Shown: one piece after another, positions 8,706 through 17,196 of the stretch
How the letters are laid out: each line of letters opens with the position of its first letter
Position numbering within the stretch: position 1 is the first letter of the stretch
From: Planctomycetota bacterium
Lineage (GTDB): Bacteria > Planctomycetota > Planctomycetia > JALXBF01
Direction of reading: 5' to 3'
DNA: 32,698 nt
Assembly (NCBI GenBank): GCA_026991575.1
Contig: JALXBF010000181.1
Location: 1 to 32,698, forward strand
Made by a program: the position numbers and the translations under genes
The notes under the pieces: generated by a model
What the model saw: only the letters and a program-made list of their open reading frames with translations
Told to the model about the DNA's origin: nothing
The model's database searches: none

Positions 8706-10793
8706 CTAGCGTTCGACCCGAGGCAGGTAGTAGATGTGCCCGTCCTCGGCGCCGATGAGCAACTCCGGTCGCCGGTCGCCGTCCCAATCGACTACCGTGG
8801 GACTGGTGGTGTGGCCGGCCAGCCGCAGCGACACCAGGCTGCCGACGTCCTCCAAACGCCAATCGGTCATGTCCGCACGTACGGTTCGGAACAGATCCAC
8901 GCTGACGCTGTTGACCAGCAGGTCGGGATCACCGTCGCCGTCCCAGTCGACCATGGCGAGCTTCCGACGACCGCTGCGGCCGGCCTCACCAGCGTTGAGC
9001 CGTAGCAGTCCACCGGCCGGTGACAGCACCCGGTTCCGTGCATCACGCACGGCGCCGGAGGCGACGCGGAAGATTCGTTTTGGCGGCTTGAGTACCAACT
9101 TCCCGTCAAGCCGGGTCCGTTCGAAGTAGGCCAGATATCCCTCGTGATCCAGCATCACCAGGTCCGGTAGGCCATCGCGGTTCAGGTCGATGACAACCGG
9201 TGTCGTCCGCCACTGCGTTACCAGCTCCCCCGGCTCCGGATCCCACCAGTTCCACGACGGCTTGGGTGGCCGGCCCGGCCAGGCAACGCGCACGGGCTGG
9301 CCTGGCATCAGTGCCGGGTGACTGCGCGTACCGGCGTTGCGGTACCACAGGACGCGCCCCCAGATGGAGTTGACCACCAGATCGGGCAGTCCGTCCAGGT
9401 CCCAGTCCGCGACGCTCAACGTCGTGTACCCCCACTTCCGTTCACACGGCCCCTGGATCGAGCCATTCGGGCCGGCCATGATGCGTATGGGACGGTCTCC
9501 GGCTTTCAGCAGCTTTGGCTCGGCCCAGCGTGGGGTGCGTTTCCCGGAAACGGAGCCCAGGTTTTCGATGAAGCCGATCTGCCCTGCCGTGTTGCCGCAC
9601 AGCAAGTCCTGATCCCCGTCACCGTCCCAATCGAAGGCAACCGGTGTCACCAGCGCGCCGAATTTCACGTCGGCGGCTTGCTGCCGAAAGTAGCGCGGGG
9701 CGCGGAAGAGTGGCATCCCGTCCTGGACCTTGCCTGTGTGCTCAATGAAGGCGACACGGCCGTCCTCTTGGCCCACGACCAAGTCCACGTCACCGTCGCG
9801 GTCCCAATCGACGGCCACTGGGACGATCATGCACAATTCCATCCGCAACGGCCGGTGCCCGATCATCAGCGGTCGGCCGGCGGCATAGCGGGGCTGGCGC
9901 CGGGATCCGATATTCTCGAAGTACGTGAAGCCGTCGACGAACTCACCGCAGAGCAGGTCGAGGTCGCCGTCGCCGTCGAAATCCGCGAAATTCGGGCTCG
10001 GCATGCCATACACGTCCACAGGACGACCGGCGGCACGAACCAACTCAGGAGGGCCATAGTCGGGCGCATCGTTGGTGCCGCGATTGAGCAAGACGTACAC
10101 GTAGCCGTGCAGCGGGCCGCGAGTCCAGCGGCCACGGCGATCAAAGGCATTGTCCCAGCCGTAATCGGTCCAGTCGCCAACGCCGACGATCAGGTCCAGC
10201 CTTCCGTCACCGTTGTAGTCAACATACTTCCACTGGTTGGCACGCACCCGTACCCCGTGCACGTTGGTTCTTGGGTAGATCCGCCGCTTGTGGCGGAAAC
10301 CGCGCGTGCGGAACTCAACCAGTTCAAAGCCTGGGATGAGAACGCGAACACTGCCGTCGCAGTAGGACGGGGATATGTTGCCGTAGCCGGGGCCAACCCG
10401 GCGGCCTGGCTTGAATACGGGAAAAGGGTCGCCGGTGGGATTCTCGAAAAAGTACGTGCCCCCATACGGCACACAGTGGCAGCTGACGACCAGGTCCATG
10501 TCACCGTCGCCGTCGTAATCCATCGGCAGTGGCCAAGCCCACAGGCCCACGCCGAGATCAACGACCATGCCGGGGTTGTGATAGGGCAGGCGGAACGGGC
10601 GAGCCGTGATCGTCTGGTCGCCCGCCGTTCGGTGAACGCTGCGCCCGCCGGCCAGCGTGACGAGCGCAAGCGCGATGAGTGTGCCGGTCGCTGCCCAGTA
10701 CCACATCTTGGCGGATGTCATCTGGCCCCCGATCGATCGGTCCGTTGTCATCGCGTTGGTTGCCCCCCTGCTTGTGCGTTTCGTGGCCATCAC
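8706..10793 (-). CDS. Secreted FG-GAP/VCBS repeat protein (Ca-binding beta-propeller type)
   Basis: Nine D-x-D/N-G-D-G-x-x-D-L type motifs (e.g. DYDGDGDMDL, DFDGDGDLDL, DWDGDGDQDL, DWDGDGDPDL), several followed by FEN/IEN/YRN. N-terminal hydrophobic segment WYWAATGTLIALALVTLAGG. Start uncertain (10793/10790/10751/10721). Confidence 0.88.
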   Translation of the reverse strand: MMATKRTSRGATNAMTTDRSIGGQMTSAKMWYWAATGTLIALALVTLAGGRSVHRTAGDQTITARPFRLPYHNPGMVVDLGVGLWAWPLPMDYDGDGDMDLVVSCHCVPYGGTYFFENPTGDPFPVFKPGRRVGPGYGNISPSYCDGSVRVLIPGFELVEFRTRGFRHKRRIYPRTNVHGVRVRANQWKYVDYNGDGRLDLIVGVGDWTDYGWDNAFDRRGRWTRGPLHGYVYVLLNRGTNDAPDYGPPELVRAAGRPVDVYGMPSPNFADFDGDGDLDLLCGEFVDGFTYFENIGSRRQPRYAAGRPLMIGHRPLRMELCMIVPVAVDWDRDGDVDLVVGQEDGRVAFIEHTGKVQDGMPLFRAPRYFRQQAADVKFGALVTPVAFDWDGDGDQDLLCGNTAGQIGFIENLGSVSGKRTPRWAEPKLLKAGDRPIRIMAGPNGSIQGPCERKWGYTTLSVADWDLDGLPDLVVNSIWGRVLWYRNAGTRSHPALMPGQPVRVAWPGRPPKPSWNWWDPEPGELVTQWRTTPVVIDLNRDGLPDLVMLDHEGYLAYFERTRLDGKLVLKPPKRIFRVASGAVRDARNRVLSPAGGLLRLNAGEAGRSGRRKLAMVDWDGDGDPDLLVNSVSVDLFRTVRADMTDWRLEDVGSLVSLRLAGHTTSPTVVDWDGDRRPELLIGAEDGHIYYLPRVER

Positions 10794-10802
10794 CGTGCGG
10801 GT

Positions 10803-12083
10803 TCACGCTGCCTGAGCCGGAACAGGCAGGACATACGGCCCGTTGGGGATAACGATGATGCGAGCCTCTGGGCCATACTCGGCCAGCGCCTCGGCAACCG
10901 CCGCCTCGACCGACTCAGCCGCGTCAACGTAGCAGCGCTTTAGGTCGGCGGGGGGGAGTCCTGTAGTAACCACTCGCACCCGGGCCTTCTTCAGCACCCT
11001 CGCCAACTCCTCAACCTGCCACTGATCCATCCGGAAGTACTCTTTCGCAACGATTCGCTTCATGAACGTGTCAATGTCACGGTTCTCCTCGAAGATGCGT
11101 CGGAACTCCGCGCTGCCGATTCCTTCGGTGAGGCTGGCAGCCAGGATGATCGTACCCCCGGGTTTCACGGCAGGAAGTGCTCCCGTGAGCCCTTTGACCG
11201 CCTGGTAGAAGGTTGTATCGAGCGGGTAGCCGGCGGAGGTGGTGACTACGATTTCGGCCGGTTCTGGGAATCGTGCCTGGACTACCTGCTGCACAAAGCG
11301 GACGCCCTCCAGGAAGGCTGCTTCCATGTCCCCGGCGACCACATGAGTGATCTGCCGTTCCCGGTTGATGTGCACGTTGACAGTGAAGTCACAGCCGGCC
11401 AGGCGCGCGATCCGAGTCGACTCTTCGTGCACCGGGTTCCCCTCAAGGTTCCCTTCACAAGCACGCGGATCCTCCAGAAAGTCCGGGCCGTGCCAGACGC
11501 GCAGCGTGTCCAGATGGACGATGCCTGGACAGATGACCTTGCGACCACCTGAGTAACCGGCCATCAGGTGCGGCTCGATCAGGCCCGTGGTGATTTTTAG
11601 GTCGGCCAGCAGGTAGCGCGAATCGATCCAGACGGGCACGCCGCGGGGCGTGGTGCCCAGATAGCTGTGACTGGCCCGGTCTCGGCCATCGTGGTTCTCA
11701 ATGCGGTACCGCTGTAGGATCTCGGAACCGACCATCTCCTGCAGCTCGTCGCGCGTGGTTGCCCGGTGCAGGCCGGTGGCGACCAGGATCAGGATCCGGT
11801 CGCGCGGGATGCCCGCCTCCTCCAGCGTCTGCAGCACCGGGGGAAGAATGATGCGGTTGGGGACGGGCCGGGTCACGTCGCAGATGAGAATGCACGCGGA
11901 ACGACGGTCGCGGGCCAACTCGTAAAGGGGGGGCGAAGCTATCGGCTCACGCAGCGCTCGCCGAACCGCATCGTGCGGATCTGCCAGTGGCTCGACCGGC
12001 TGGATGTCGAGCACTGCTACGACCCGGTCATCAGGCAGCTCCACTTCGAGACCACTGCGGCCATAAGACAGTCTCACACGCAT
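10803..12083 (-). CDS. larA: Nickel-pincer (NPN)-dependent lactate racemase family protein LarA
   Basis: [57 protein letters not shown] and EGIGS. I chose ATG 12083 (MRVRLSYG) because GGAGAGG lies upstream; the ORF track extends to 12107. Confidence 0.92.
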   Translation of the reverse strand: MRVRLSYGRSGLEVELPDDRVVAVLDIQPVEPLADPHDAVRRALREPIASPPLYELARDRRSACILICDVTRPVPNRIILPPVLQTLEEAGIPRDRILILVATGLHRATTRDELQEMVGSEILQRYRIENHDGRDRASHSYLGTTPRGVPVWIDSRYLLADLKITTGLIEPHLMAGYSGGRKVICPGIVHLDTLRVWHGPDFLEDPRACEGNLEGNPVHEESTRIARLAGCDFTVNVHINRERQITHVVAGDMEAAFLEGVRFVQQVVQARFPEPAEIVVTTSAGYPLDTTFYQAVKGLTGALPAVKPGGTIILAASLTEGIGSAEFRRIFEENRDIDTFMKRIVAKEYFRMDQWQVEELARVLKKARVRVVTTGLPPADLKRCYVDAAESVEAAVAEALAEYGPEARIIVIPNGPYVLPVPAQAA

Positions 12084-12598
12084 CGTTCCTCTCCCCATGT
12101 GCGGCAAGGCGAGTTCCTGCCCGATTCTACCGCCGCACTGCTGCGCGATCCGGTAAGCTCTGCATCTACCTGCCCGCTAGCTTGGCGCGTGTGCCGCGAT
12201 GGCCCAGCGACCAACCGATCACGTACCTCGCTCCGCTCACGGCGGCCCTGGAATCCAGCAGCTTGGCGGGAGCTGAACTGTCAGGTTCTGCCGCGCAGCC
12301 GTCTGTCCGGAACAGCAGGAGGCGGCCCCCCGGGCAGCGCACGGGACCGGGTAGCGTTGCGCCGCGGGCCGGTGCATGCTACGGCTCGCTCCGTGGCGGG
12401 ACGGACGCTTCGGCGGTCGGATTGTGGGAGCAGCGCGCAACGGCCACGGACAGCGCACCGCATGCCAGGGGGACGGGATGTTGTCGGTCGCCGTGGTCGC
12501 GCGAGCGCGAAGCGGACGCTCGGCGACCGGACGCCAAGGAACGGGCAGGTAAGTGGCATGGGCGGCGCCCGCTGGGCTGGCCCGGGCGACGGCCGGGG

Positions 12599-14065
12599 CT
12601 ACGCGATGATGTCGTGGATCACGCGGCCATGGACGTCAGTCAACCGGAAGTCACGACCAGCGTACCGGTAAGTGAGCTTCGTGTGGTCGAAGCCGAGCAG
12701 GTACAGGATTGTTGCGTGCAGGTCATGGACATGTACGGGGTTTTCGACCGCACGGAAACCGAACTCATCGGTAGCCCCGTACGCCATGCCGCCCTTCACG
12801 CCGCCACCTGCCAGCCAGACGGTGAAGCCGTAATGGTTGTGGTCCCGCCCGTTCAACTTGCCCTGGTTTGCGCCCGGTTGGGGCAGCTCGACTGTCGGTG
12901 TCCGGCCGAATTCTCCACCACAGATGACCAGCGTCTCCTCCAACAGACCGCGCTGCTTGAGGTCCTTCAGCAGCGCGGCGATAGGGCGGTCACACTGACG
13001 TGCCAGAGCACGATGCCGCTGCTCCAGATCGTCGTGCGAATCCCACGGCTGACCGGCTCCATGCCAGAGCTGCACGTAACGCACGCCGCGCTCTACCAGG
13101 CGACGCGCAATGAGGAGCTGCCGCGCGTGAACGCCGTCCCCATACATCTTGCGGATGTACGCCGGCTCACGGCTGATGTCAAACGCGTCGGTTGCTTCGA
13201 TCTGCATCCGGTATGCTAACTCAAATGCCTGGATCCGCGCTTCCAGAGCCGCCTCTCGTTGCCGTCGCTCCAGGTGCTGTCGGTTCAGCTCACGCAGCAG
13301 CTTCAACTGCACCTGCTGCTCGCGTCGCGTCCACCTTGGGTTGCGGACGTAGCGGATGAGCTGCTCGACCTTGGTGTGCTTCGTGTCGATGTACGTTCCC
13401 TGGTACACGCCTGGCAGAAAAGCACACTGCCAGTTCTGGGGCCCCTTGATCGGATAGCCTCCGGGGCACATCACGACGAAACCCGGGAGATTCTGATTCT
13501 CGGTGCCGAGTCCGTACGTGACCCACGAACCGACACTGGGCCGCACCAGGCGGCTGGCGCCGCAGTTCATGAGCATCAACGAGGGCTCATGGTTCGGGAC
13601 GTCTGCATGCATCGAGCGGATAAAACAGATGTCGTCGACGCACTCGCCCAGGTGCTCGAAGATCTCACTAACCTCCAGGCCGCTTTCCCCGAATTTGCGG
13701 AACCGAAACGGGGATGGGAACGCGGCTCCGGTCTTGCGCTCAGTGCGCAGGTTGCCGGTCGGCAGCGTCTTGCCCGCGTACCGTGTCAGGGCGGGCTTGG
13801 GGTCGAAGGTGTCGACGTGCGATGGGCCCCCGTTCAAGAAGATGTGGATCACATGCTTGGCTTTGGCAGGAAAGTGCGGGGGCCGTGGTGCCATCGGGTT
13901 CACTGCCCGACTTGTCGCAGCATCGGCGGTCGAAGGCAGGAACCCGGCGTCGGCTAGAAGCGCCGTCAGAGCCAGGGCTCCCATGCCCATGCCGCACTGA
14001 CAGAGCATTTCCCGACGCGTGAGTAGCAACTGTTCAGGTTTGATGCGGTGGCTGTCATCACGCAT
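12599..14065 (-). CDS. DUF1501 domain protein (Tat-type signal)
   Basis: LTRREML twin-arginine-like leader, FPAKAKHVIHIFLNGGPSHVDTFDPKP, ARRLVERGVRYVQ, WDSH, GGEFGRTP, GRDH, WLAGGGVKGG and HVHDLHATIL. Confidence 0.93.
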   Translation of the reverse strand: MRDDSHRIKPEQLLLTRREMLCQCGMGMGALALTALLADAGFLPSTADAATSRAVNPMAPRPPHFPAKAKHVIHIFLNGGPSHVDTFDPKPALTRYAGKTLPTGNLRTERKTGAAFPSPFRFRKFGESGLEVSEIFEHLGECVDDICFIRSMHADVPNHEPSLMLMNCGASRLVRPSVGSWVTYGLGTENQNLPGFVVMCPGGYPIKGPQNWQCAFLPGVYQGTYIDTKHTKVEQLIRYVRNPRWTRREQQVQLKLLRELNRQHLERRQREAALEARIQAFELAYRMQIEATDAFDISREPAYIRKMYGDGVHARQLLIARRLVERGVRYVQLWHGAGQPWDSHDDLEQRHRALARQCDRPIAALLKDLKQRGLLEETLVICGGEFGRTPTVELPQPGANQGKLNGRDHNHYGFTVWLAGGGVKGGMAYGATDEFGFRAVENPVHVHDLHATILYLLGFDHTKLTYRYAGRDFRLTDVHGRVIHDIIA

Positions 14066-14096
14066 GGTTCGTACCGCTGCCGACGTCCAAGTTCCT

Positions 14097-16871
14097 TCAG
14101 TCGATGAATACGAACTCGTTGGAGCATAGCAACACTTGGGCCAGCGCGGCTGTCGCGCGCTGTCGGACCTGGCGAGCGTCGGCCCGTGCGCCGGCCAGTT
14201 TCACCAGCTCTTCATAAGCGGCTACGGCCGCACTGAGTTCTTCGGCAGTAGGTTCGCGCCGCAGGATGGCACGGTACAGTGCCCGTACTCGGTCTTCCGG
14301 TGTGCTTGCCGCACGAACCGCGGGCAGGCTGGCCACAGCATCCGCTTGTTCGATGACCATGGGCGAGTTCAAGAAGTACAGTCCTTGCTGGGGAACGGTG
14401 GTCATTGGCCGTCGGGGGGAGGAGCTGTCCGGGCTGGCAAAGTCAAAGATGCGCAATTCAAAGGCCAGATCCTGCCGGTCGATGTAGCCGTACACGGCGC
14501 GGCGTCGTGCTGGGCGTGGTCCAAACAGCTGCACGGACCGCCCTCCCATTCTCAAATCCAGCCGTTTGGCAACCGCCAGCAGGCTGTCCCACATGGGCTC
14601 AAACTCCAGACGCCGGCGGTTCATCCGCCAGTACAGCCGGTTTTCCGGGTCGACAGCCATCGCGTCAGGTCTCAGAGCGCTCCGCTGACGATAAGCGGCC
14701 GAAAGAACAATTTCGCGATGCAGCCGTTTCAGCGACCAGTTGTGCGCGATGAACCACCGGGTGAGCCAGTCGAGCAGGTCCCGGTGCAGTGGCTCTGGGC
14801 ACCGCAGGCCAAAATCATCGACTGACTCGACGATCGGCGTGCCCATGTGCCACATCCAGACCCGATTGACGAAGACCCGGCCGGTCAGCGGGTTATCGGG
14901 CGAAGCGATCGCCTCAGCCAACTCCTTGCGGCCGCTTCCCTCCTGGAACGGCTTCGGCTCGCCACGGCTCAATGCCGCCAGAAACCGTCTGGGAACCGTC
15001 GGCCCGGGACGGCGCGGATCGCCGCGAAGGAAGACGCGCGGTGTGACGGGCCTAGGGCGATCCACAAGGACCATCGCGCGCGGCGGCCCCCCGTTGCCAC
15101 CGGCAATCCAGGCCTCGATCGCACGCTGGAGCTGGGACAGCCGGTTCTTCACGGCGCGGCTCAACAGCGCGCGAAGCGTGCGCTCGTCAAGCGCCAGTAC
15201 CCCCCCTTCCTGATCCGACAGCACGCGCGCCAAGGCCTGCCAGTCGTGGGCGGCGCCGTCTGGCGCTGCGCCCGCCGCTACCAGCTCGTGGGCACGTCGC
15301 AGTAGCTCGGCATAGACTTCAATCAGATCACGCAACGTAGCCGGTTGCCTGGCGTTCAGCTCCCGCAGGAGCACACGGTTGTAGCCGCCACGCTCCCCGG
15401 CCGTGACAAGAAGGCGACGGTACGCTTCCATCCCCTGGCGTGCGGCGACTGAAAGAGGACCAAAGATCGGATCGTTCGGCTGAGCACGGGCGGCTAGAAA
15501 CTGCCGCCAGCGACGCACAAACTGCGGCCGCAGATCGTTTTCGTCGAACGAAAGCCCCGCGTCGGCCGGCAGGTCCAGACCGGGAGCTCCCTTGATTGCA
15601 GCCATCATGTAATCGGCCGTACGCTCACGAAGTTGCTTGCGCAGCTTGGCGGTCTCCTGGTCCCAATAGCGTCGATAGGCCGCACGACGCTTGGCCAGCT
15701 CCGCCGCATACTTCTCGTACTCCTTCTCATCCTCTGGCGGCCCAATGATCGGCAACTCCTCGGGCTCCTCACAGCTGGCGAAGACGCCATACAACGCGTA
15801 GTAGTCGCGCATGGTGATCGCGTCGTACTTGTGATCATGGCACCGTGCACACGCCAGGGTCAGCCCCAGAAGGCCACGGCCGATCAGATCGATACGATCG
15901 TCGATGATGTCATGGATGTTGTTGTTGAAGCGGCGGCCCAGCACCAGAAAGCCCAGCGCGGCTAACCGCCGGCGGTCGGCTTCCACAGAGGGCAAGCGAT
16001 CGGCTGCAATCTGCTCCTTGATGAACTGGTCGTACGGTAGGTCGCGGTTAAACGCCCGGATCACATAGTCGCGGTACGTGTAGGAGAACGGGTAGCGGGG
16101 GTCGAAGGAGAACACGTATCCCTTCGTGTCGGCATAGCGGGCCACATCCAGCCAGTGGCGAGCCCATCGTTCACCGTAACGCGGGCTGGCAAGCAATCGG
16201 TCCACCAGCCTTTCGTAGGCGTCCGGCCGCTCGTCCCGTTCAAACGCCACGATGTCGTCGTACTCGGGGGGCAGCCCGATGAGGTCGTAGTACAGCCTGC
16301 GGATCAGCGTGCGACGGTCTGCCTGCGGGGACGGTTCCAACGAGTGTTCGCGCAGCTTGGCCAGCAGGAAGGCATCCACCGGAGTACGCAGCCATGGATC
16401 CGCGTGGACCGGCGGCACGACCGCTTCCGGCGGCCGGAAAGCCCAGTGGACTTGGGCCAGGGCCGCGTACTGTTCCGGTGGCTGGATCGGCCGCTGCGCC
16501 GGCCAGGGGGCGCCCGCCTCAACCCAGCGCTCCAACGCCGCGATCGACTGCTCGGGCAGACGCCCGCCCGGAGGCATCTTTACCTTGCCAGTCTGTCGCA
16601 CGACCCGAATCAGCAGACTTCGGTTCGGATCGCCTGGTTCAATGACCCGCCTCGATCCGACCCGACCGAGCAGAGCCGCCAGGCTGTCGACGCGGACATT
16701 GGCCTCCTGCTTCTGGCTACCGTGACAGTGGGCACAGATTCCGGCCAGAACCGGACGAACACGCAGCTCAAAAAACGTCTCGTCTACCTGGACATCCGCT
16801 GCGCCCGCCGACAAGACCTCGCTTGCGACGGCCGCTAGCACCAGGATCAGACTCCGGGCTGGAGAACGCAT
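14097..16871 (-). CDS. Planctomycete cytochrome c (PSCyt1)-DUF1549 (PSCyt2)-DUF1553 (PSD1) protein
   Basis: FFELRVRPVLAGICAHCHG, HWAF, RRLYYDLIGLPP, YGERWARHWLDVARYAD, CARCHDHKYD, NPLTGRVFVNRVW, WSLKRLHR and LLCSNEFVFID. The signal-like MRSPARSLILVLAAV favours ATG 16871 over 17033. Confidence 0.93.
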   Translation of the reverse strand: MRSPARSLILVLAAVASEVLSAGAADVQVDETFFELRVRPVLAGICAHCHGSQKQEANVRVDSLAALLGRVGSRRVIEPGDPNRSLLIRVVRQTGKVKMPPGGRLPEQSIAALERWVEAGAPWPAQRPIQPPEQYAALAQVHWAFRPPEAVVPPVHADPWLRTPVDAFLLAKLREHSLEPSPQADRRTLIRRLYYDLIGLPPEYDDIVAFERDERPDAYERLVDRLLASPRYGERWARHWLDVARYADTKGYVFSFDPRYPFSYTYRDYVIRAFNRDLPYDQFIKEQIAADRLPSVEADRRRLAALGFLVLGRRFNNNIHDIIDDRIDLIGRGLLGLTLACARCHDHKYDAITMRDYYALYGVFASCEEPEELPIIGPPEDEKEYEKYAAELAKRRAAYRRYWDQETAKLRKQLRERTADYMMAAIKGAPGLDLPADAGLSFDENDLRPQFVRRWRQFLAARAQPNDPIFGPLSVAARQGMEAYRRLLVTAGERGGYNRVLLRELNARQPATLRDLIEVYAELLRRAHELVAAGAAPDGAAHDWQALARVLSDQEGGVLALDERTLRALLSRAVKNRLSQLQRAIEAWIAGGNGGPPRAMVLVDRPRPVTPRVFLRGDPRRPGPTVPRRFLAALSRGEPKPFQEGSGRKELAEAIASPDNPLTGRVFVNRVWMWHMGTPIVESVDDFGLRCPEPLHRDLLDWLTRWFIAHNWSLKRLHREIVLSAAYRQRSALRPDAMAVDPENRLYWRMNRRRLEFEPMWDSLLAVAKRLDLRMGGRSVQLFGPRPARRRAVYGYIDRQDLAFELRIFDFASPDSSSPRRPMTTVPQQGLYFLNSPMVIEQADAVASLPAVRAASTPEDRVRALYRAILRREPTAEELSAAVAAYEELVKLAGARADARQVRQRATAALAQVLLCSNEFVFID

Positions 16872-17196
16872 CGCGATACCCGTGACCAGCAACAAAGGTG
16901 GGTCGGTTACGCATAAGAGTGTATCCATGTGTCGATGGGGGGACAAGGCACGCCGGCCATCGTAGGTGTCGGTGCAATTGGTTTCCAGGAACGCATGGGC
17001 GAGAATACTGCCGGAGAGTTGAGAGAATTGCATGAAGGGGCCGACCGAGAACGGGGCGCGACCCCTGGCGGATCAGGCTAGTACAGGACAGGCGACTGCC
17101 GCCACGTGGCGTGGCCAGTCGCGGTGCCATCGACCTGAGCCGGCCGCCACTCGGACCAGTGCTACGGCGAGCGAAACGTTTTCCGAAAGGTACGCT

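Noticed and set aside
9318..10943. 541-aa plus-strand ORF
   Set aside because: It lies antisense to the FG-GAP gene in the codon-aligned frame, which is typical of high-GC DNA.
12387..12426. 13-mer CGCTCCGTGGCGG shared with 25730-25742 (plus nearby CGGATTGTG), and 12-mer GACGCTTCGGCG shared with 19566-19577
   Set aside because: Only two copies each of short GC-rich words, which is plausible by chance. A genome-wide count would be needed to revive this.
11766..13957. Plus-strand ORFs of 301, 410 and 232 aa
   Set aside because: They overlap larA and DUF1501 on the opposite strand, are Arg/Pro/Ala-rich or shadow-like, and have no recognisable domain.
17031..17034. Second shared CATG between the maximal DUF1553 (-) and M48 (+) ORFs
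   Set aside because: Both genes have better downstream starts (16871 with a signal peptide; 17197 with an SD-like GAAAGG), leaving a normal divergent gap of about 325 nt, unlike the 28224 case.
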